This document shows, piece after piece, positions 24,978-28,252 of a stretch of 28,252 nucleotides of DNA (position 1 is its first letter; each line of letters opens with the position of its first letter). Made by a program: the position numbers and the translations under genes. The notes beneath the pieces are model-generated. The model saw nothing but the letters and a program-made list of their open reading frames with translations, did no database searches and had not been told where the DNA came from. Source of the stretch: Clostridia bacterium (lineage in GTDB: Bacteria > Bacillota > Clostridia > Oscillospirales > Acutalibacteraceae); NCBI GenBank assembly GCA_017425745.1, contig JAFOXT010000409.1, forward strand, positions 1-28,252. The letters run 5' to 3'.

Positions 24978-26825
24978 TTAATATAAACGTGCCTTTTCAA
25001 TATTTTCTTTCATTTCTTCGTAGCACTTCTGAACTGTTTCGCTTTCTGAAACCTCAGCAACGCCAACTCTCCACCATGAATCATAGCCGTCTGTCATTGA
25101 CTTGTGAGCTACCTTGATATCAAAAAGAGTTGAAACAGTCTGTTTCTTTGAATCTTCAAGTGCTGCGTAAAGCTCTTCTGCGTTAGTTACGCGATAAGCC
25201 TTACAGCCGTAGCCTTCAGCAATTTTAGCATAATCAGTATAAATGATTTCACCGTCAAGAAGACCGCTCTGTTCGTTTCTTCTTGTAAATCTTGTACCGA
25301 ATGTATCAGTACCCTGATTATTCTGAAGGTTTTCAATGCAACCCCAACCGCTATTGTCAAAGAGCATTACATTGATTTTCTTGTCTTCCTGAATAGCTGT
25401 ATAGAGCTCACTGTGAAGCATAAGGAAGCTGCCGTCACCTACCATTGAATAAACCTCTTTGTCGGGACAAGCAAGCTTTGCACCAAGTGCACCGCAGATT
25501 TCATAGCCCATGCATGAGAAACCGTATTCAACGTGGTATGTATTCGGAGCTTTTGACTTCCAGATTCTCTGAAGACAACCGGGAAGTGAGCCTGATGAAC
25601 CGATAATAACTGAATCATCAGCAACAACCTCATTGATGATACCGAGTGCTCTCATCTGTGAGAAGCCTTCAGCAGGCTCATCGTTGTAGCAACGGTCGAT
25701 TTCTGCGAAGAAATCAGCCTGTGCCTTTGCATATTCGCTATTCCATTCTGATTTATAAGCTCCGAGCTTTGCGCCGATTGCATCGATACCCATTTTAGCA
25801 TCGGCAATAACAGCTGTGCTGTCCATCTTGAATGCGTCAAATGAGCAAACATTGATTGAAAGCATTTTTACGTCGGGATTCTGGAAGCCCCATTTTGAGC
25901 AGGTTGTAAAGTCAGTAAGTCTTGTACCAACTGCAATAATAAGGTCTGCTCTCTTTGCGATATAGTTAGCTGAAGCGGTACCTGTTACACCGCAACCACC
26001 CATATTGAGATGATGAGCAAAGGGAATCTGACCCTTACCTGCCTGTGTTTCGCCGATAGGAATATCGTACTTTTCAGCAAATTTAAGCACTGCTTCGTAG
26101 GAATCTGAATATGTAACGCCGCCACCAACAACAATCATCGGCTTCTTAGCGTTTTTAATAAGCTCAGCCGCTGCTTCGATTTCTCTTTCTGAGGGTACCT
26201 TTCTGTCCATGTACCAAACTCTCTTCTGAAGGAAGTAATCGGGATAATCAAAAGCTTCAGCTTCAACATCCTGAGGCATTGCAATACAAACTGCACCCGT
26301 ATCAGCTGCGTCTGTAAGAACTCTCATAGCATTAATCATAGCAGTCATAAGCTGTTCGGGACGCTGAATTCTGTCCCAATATTTGCACACTGCCTTGAAT
26401 GCGTCGTTAGCAGTAATTGCACAGCTGTCATACTGTTCAATCTGCTGAAGAACGGGGTCGGGCTGACGGCAGGCAAAGGTATCACCGGGAAGCACAAGAA
26501 GAGGAATTCTGTTTGCAGTTGCAGTACCGCAGGCAGTTACCATATTAAGTGCACCGGGGCCGATTGATGAAGTGCAAGCAATAATCTTGCGACGCTTATT
26601 CTGCTTTGCATAAGCAATTGCAGAATGTGCCATACCCTGCTCATTATGACCCTGATAATATCTGAGGCTGTGTCCGCCCTGTTCAAGTGCCTGACCGATA
26701 CCAACTACACAACCGTGACCGAAAATTCCGAAAATACCGTCAACGAATTTTGTTTCTTTTCCATCAAAGCTGATGTACTGATTATCAAGGAACTTAACAA
26801 GAGCTTGCGCCATAGTAAGTTTCAT
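24978..26825 (-). CDS. iolD: 3D-(3,5/4)-trihydroxycyclohexane-1,2-dione acylhydrolase (decyclizing)
   Basis: LTMAQALVKFLDNQY, GIFGHG, HNEQGMAH, SIGPGA, QPDPVLQQ, EYGFSCMGYE, TPP motif GDGSFLMLHSEL. Confidence 0.96.
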   Translation of the reverse strand: MKLTMAQALVKFLDNQYISFDGKETKFVDGIFGIFGHGCVVGIGQALEQGGHSLRYYQGHNEQGMAHSAIAYAKQNKRRKIIACTSSIGPGALNMVTACGTATANRIPLLVLPGDTFACRQPDPVLQQIEQYDSCAITANDAFKAVCKYWDRIQRPEQLMTAMINAMRVLTDAADTGAVCIAMPQDVEAEAFDYPDYFLQKRVWYMDRKVPSEREIEAAAELIKNAKKPMIVVGGGVTYSDSYEAVLKFAEKYDIPIGETQAGKGQIPFAHHLNMGGCGVTGTASANYIAKRADLIIAVGTRLTDFTTCSKWGFQNPDVKMLSINVCSFDAFKMDSTAVIADAKMGIDAIGAKLGAYKSEWNSEYAKAQADFFAEIDRCYNDEPAEGFSQMRALGIINEVVADDSVIIGSSGSLPGCLQRIWKSKAPNTYHVEYGFSCMGYEICGALGAKLACPDKEVYSMVGDGSFLMLHSELYTAIQEDKKINVMLFDNSGWGCIENLQNNQGTDTFGTRFTRRNEQSGLLDGEIIYTDYAKIAEGYGCKAYRVTNAEELYAALEDSKKQTVSTLFDIKVAHKSMTDGYDSWWRVGVAEVSESETVQKCYEEMKENIEKARLY

Positions 26826-26865
26826 AGTTGTTTAATCCTTTCTTCGTTAAAATTAAGGGAAGAAA

Positions 26866-27879
26866 TTACATAATTTCTGAAATCTTAACAGGTCTGCCTT
26901 CCTTAACTGATTTCTTAGCTGCGAGAGCAACAAGGATTGAATTGAGACCGTCAACACCTGTTGTGGGTGTTTCTTTATCGTTAAGAACAGCATCAACAAA
27001 CTGAACCATTTCGTCACGGAATGACTGCATATATCTTTCAAGGAAGAAATAGAGAGGCTTGTCTGTTGTAACGCCTTCAGCATTCATAATTGTAACATTT
27101 GTGGGTGTGTCGTTTGCAGCCATTGCAGCACCCTTTGAGCCGAATACTTCGATTCTCTGGTCGTAACCGTAAGCAGCACGGCGGCTGTTGTCAATAACAC
27201 CGAGAGCACCGTTTTCAAACTTAAGGTTGATAATTGCTGTATCAACATCACCTGCTTCACCGATTGCGGGATCAACAAGGCATGTTGCACTTGCATAAAC
27301 TTCTGTTACATCGCTGCCTGCAAGGAAACGAGCCATATCAAAATCATGGATTGTCATATCAAGGAACATACCGCCTGATACTGCAGCGTATTCTGCCGGA
27401 GGAGGCTCGGGGTCACGTGAAGTAATCTTGATAAGCTCAAGGTTACCAACCTTACCTTCGTTGATAAGTGAACGAACGTGTGAGAAGTTGTGGTCAAAAC
27501 GTCTGTTGAAACCAACCTGAAGCTTAACGCCTGCTTCAGCAACTGCGTCGATTACAGCCTGAACCTTTTCAGGTGTAAGGTCAACGGGCTTTTCACAGAA
27601 AACGTGCTTGCCAGCCTTAGCTGCTTCAATTGAAATATCAGCGTGTGTATCTGTTGATGAGCATACAAGAACTGCATCGATATCCTTATCAGCGAGCATT
27701 TCTTTGTAATCGTCATAAACCTTTTCGATACCGTATTTATCAGCAAGCTCCTGAAGACCGTCTTTGAAAACGTCTGTAATACCAAGAACCTTTGCTGTAG
27801 GAACATTGTATGTAATTGACTGCATGTGTACCTTACCGATACGTCCGGCACCGATGATGCCGATGTTTAACTGTTTCAT
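26866..27879 (-). CDS. iolG: myo-inositol 2-dehydrogenase (Gfo/Idh/MocA family)
   Basis: IGIIGAGRIG, CEKP, GFNRRFD, ITSRDP, DMTIHDFD, YGYDQRIE. RBS GGAGG. Confidence 0.93.
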   Translation of the reverse strand: MKQLNIGIIGAGRIGKVHMQSITYNVPTAKVLGITDVFKDGLQELADKYGIEKVYDDYKEMLADKDIDAVLVCSSTDTHADISIEAAKAGKHVFCEKPVDLTPEKVQAVIDAVAEAGVKLQVGFNRRFDHNFSHVRSLINEGKVGNLELIKITSRDPEPPPAEYAAVSGGMFLDMTIHDFDMARFLAGSDVTEVYASATCLVDPAIGEAGDVDTAIINLKFENGALGVIDNSRRAAYGYDQRIEVFGSKGAAMAANDTPTNVTIMNAEGVTTDKPLYFFLERYMQSFRDEMVQFVDAVLNDKETPTTGVDGLNSILVALAAKKSVKEGRPVKISEIM

Positions 27880-27900
27880 TGCTTTTCAGCCTCCGTTTGT

Positions 27901-27937
27901 AAAAAATGTAAAATATGTAAAATATGCAAAATTCTGC
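27901..27937. repeat. Tandem 9-bp direct repeats in the iol leader
   Basis: AAAAAATGT-AAAATATGT-AAAATATGC-AAAATTCTGC; the minus strand shows TTTT(A/G)CA four times at 9-bp period. Confidence 0.7.
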
Positions 27938-27951
27938 ACATTATCAGAGTA

Positions 27952-27980
27952 ATTATAACACAAAGAACTGTTATATTCAA
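27952..27980 (-). promoter_or_regulatory. Sigma-A promoter of iolG-iolD-iolE
   Basis: TTGAAT (27975-27980), 17 bp, TATAAT (27952-27957) with extended TG. Confidence 0.75.
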
Positions 27981-28000
27981 GAAAAATATAACAGTTCTTT
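27962..28000. repeat. Perfect 16-7-16 inverted repeat overlapping the iol -35 (operator or terminator)
   Basis: AAAGAACTGTTATATT-caagaaa-AATATAACAGTTCTTT. Confidence 0.8.
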
Positions 28001-28045
28001 CAACCAAATATAATTATTAATTTATGTGCGACTTATACAAAATTA

Positions 28046-28252
28046 TCACTTTTTAGGCACAATCCAGAAGCTGAATTCAAGTTCTTTCATAAAATCAATC
28101 TTATACTTACCGAGAGTATCGGGTCCGCAGCTGTTTGTACCTGTTCCGCGCATAAAGCCGTCAATATTTACAGAAATAATTCCATCATCCTTAATATCTT
28201 CGATGTGTCTGCTGTTGCAGAGAGTTTCTTCGCTATAACGGTGTGCACTGAA
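28046..28252 (-). CDS. Beta-galactosidase (GH2, LacZ-type) C-terminus, 5'-partial; not in the supplied ORF track
   Basis: Minus-strand frame from base 28252 reads FSAHRYSEETLCNSRHIEDIKDDGIISVNIDGFMRGTGTNSCGPDTLGKYKIDFMKELEFSFWIVPKK*, matching the end of the GH2 small-chain domain (FSA-Y...H..el...G.G.nSCGP..l..Y). Confidence 0.8.
   Translation of the reverse strand, partial: FSAHRYSEETLCNSRHIEDIKDDGIISVNIDGFMRGTGTNSCGPDTLGKYKIDFMKELEFSFWIVPKK

Noticed and set aside
27897-28000. CRISPR-like or iteron-like array upstream of iolG
   Set aside because: Repeats are 9 bp and contiguous with no spacers; no cas or rep gene is present.
75-28238. Remaining short ORFs (60-130 aa) in the track that overlap longer genes, including 28026-28238 (+)
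   Set aside because: All are antisense or off-frame shadows of well-supported CDSs with no independent RBS or motif; 28026-28238 is antisense to the beta-galactosidase tail.

Overview
Low-GC Bacillota chromosomal window. Gene content and style suggest a gut or rumen Oscillospirales/Ruminococcaceae-like anaerobe (inference). No tRNA, rRNA, CRISPR array, prophage or transposase gene was seen. Layout: partial CDF transporter and prs (+); cwlD-like amidase, radA and a DUF6873-like gene (-); a ~12-kb minus-strand block headed by two T-box riboswitches; upp (-); a TagB/TarL-like phosphotransferase, tarI, tarJ and GH43 (+); then on the minus strand a metallophosphoesterase, a 307-bp inverted-repeat-bounded structured element, iolG-iolD-iolE and the 3' end of a GH2 beta-galactosidase. 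The main result is the T-box block. A Leu (CUC) T-box drives a LeuA homolog that has lost its catalytic residues, a TIM-barrel/acyl-CoA synthetase fusion and an amidohydrolase. An Ile (AUC) T-box drives an XRE-cupin/acyl-CoA synthetase fusion, a MinD-like ATPase, a four-subunit Vor-type 2-oxoacid:ferredoxin oxidoreductase and ilvE. Together these look like a salvage route that builds branched-chain amino acids from branched short-chain fatty acids by reductive carboxylation, with several accessory parts of unknown role. All family assignments are from motif recognition by eye; no database search was run.
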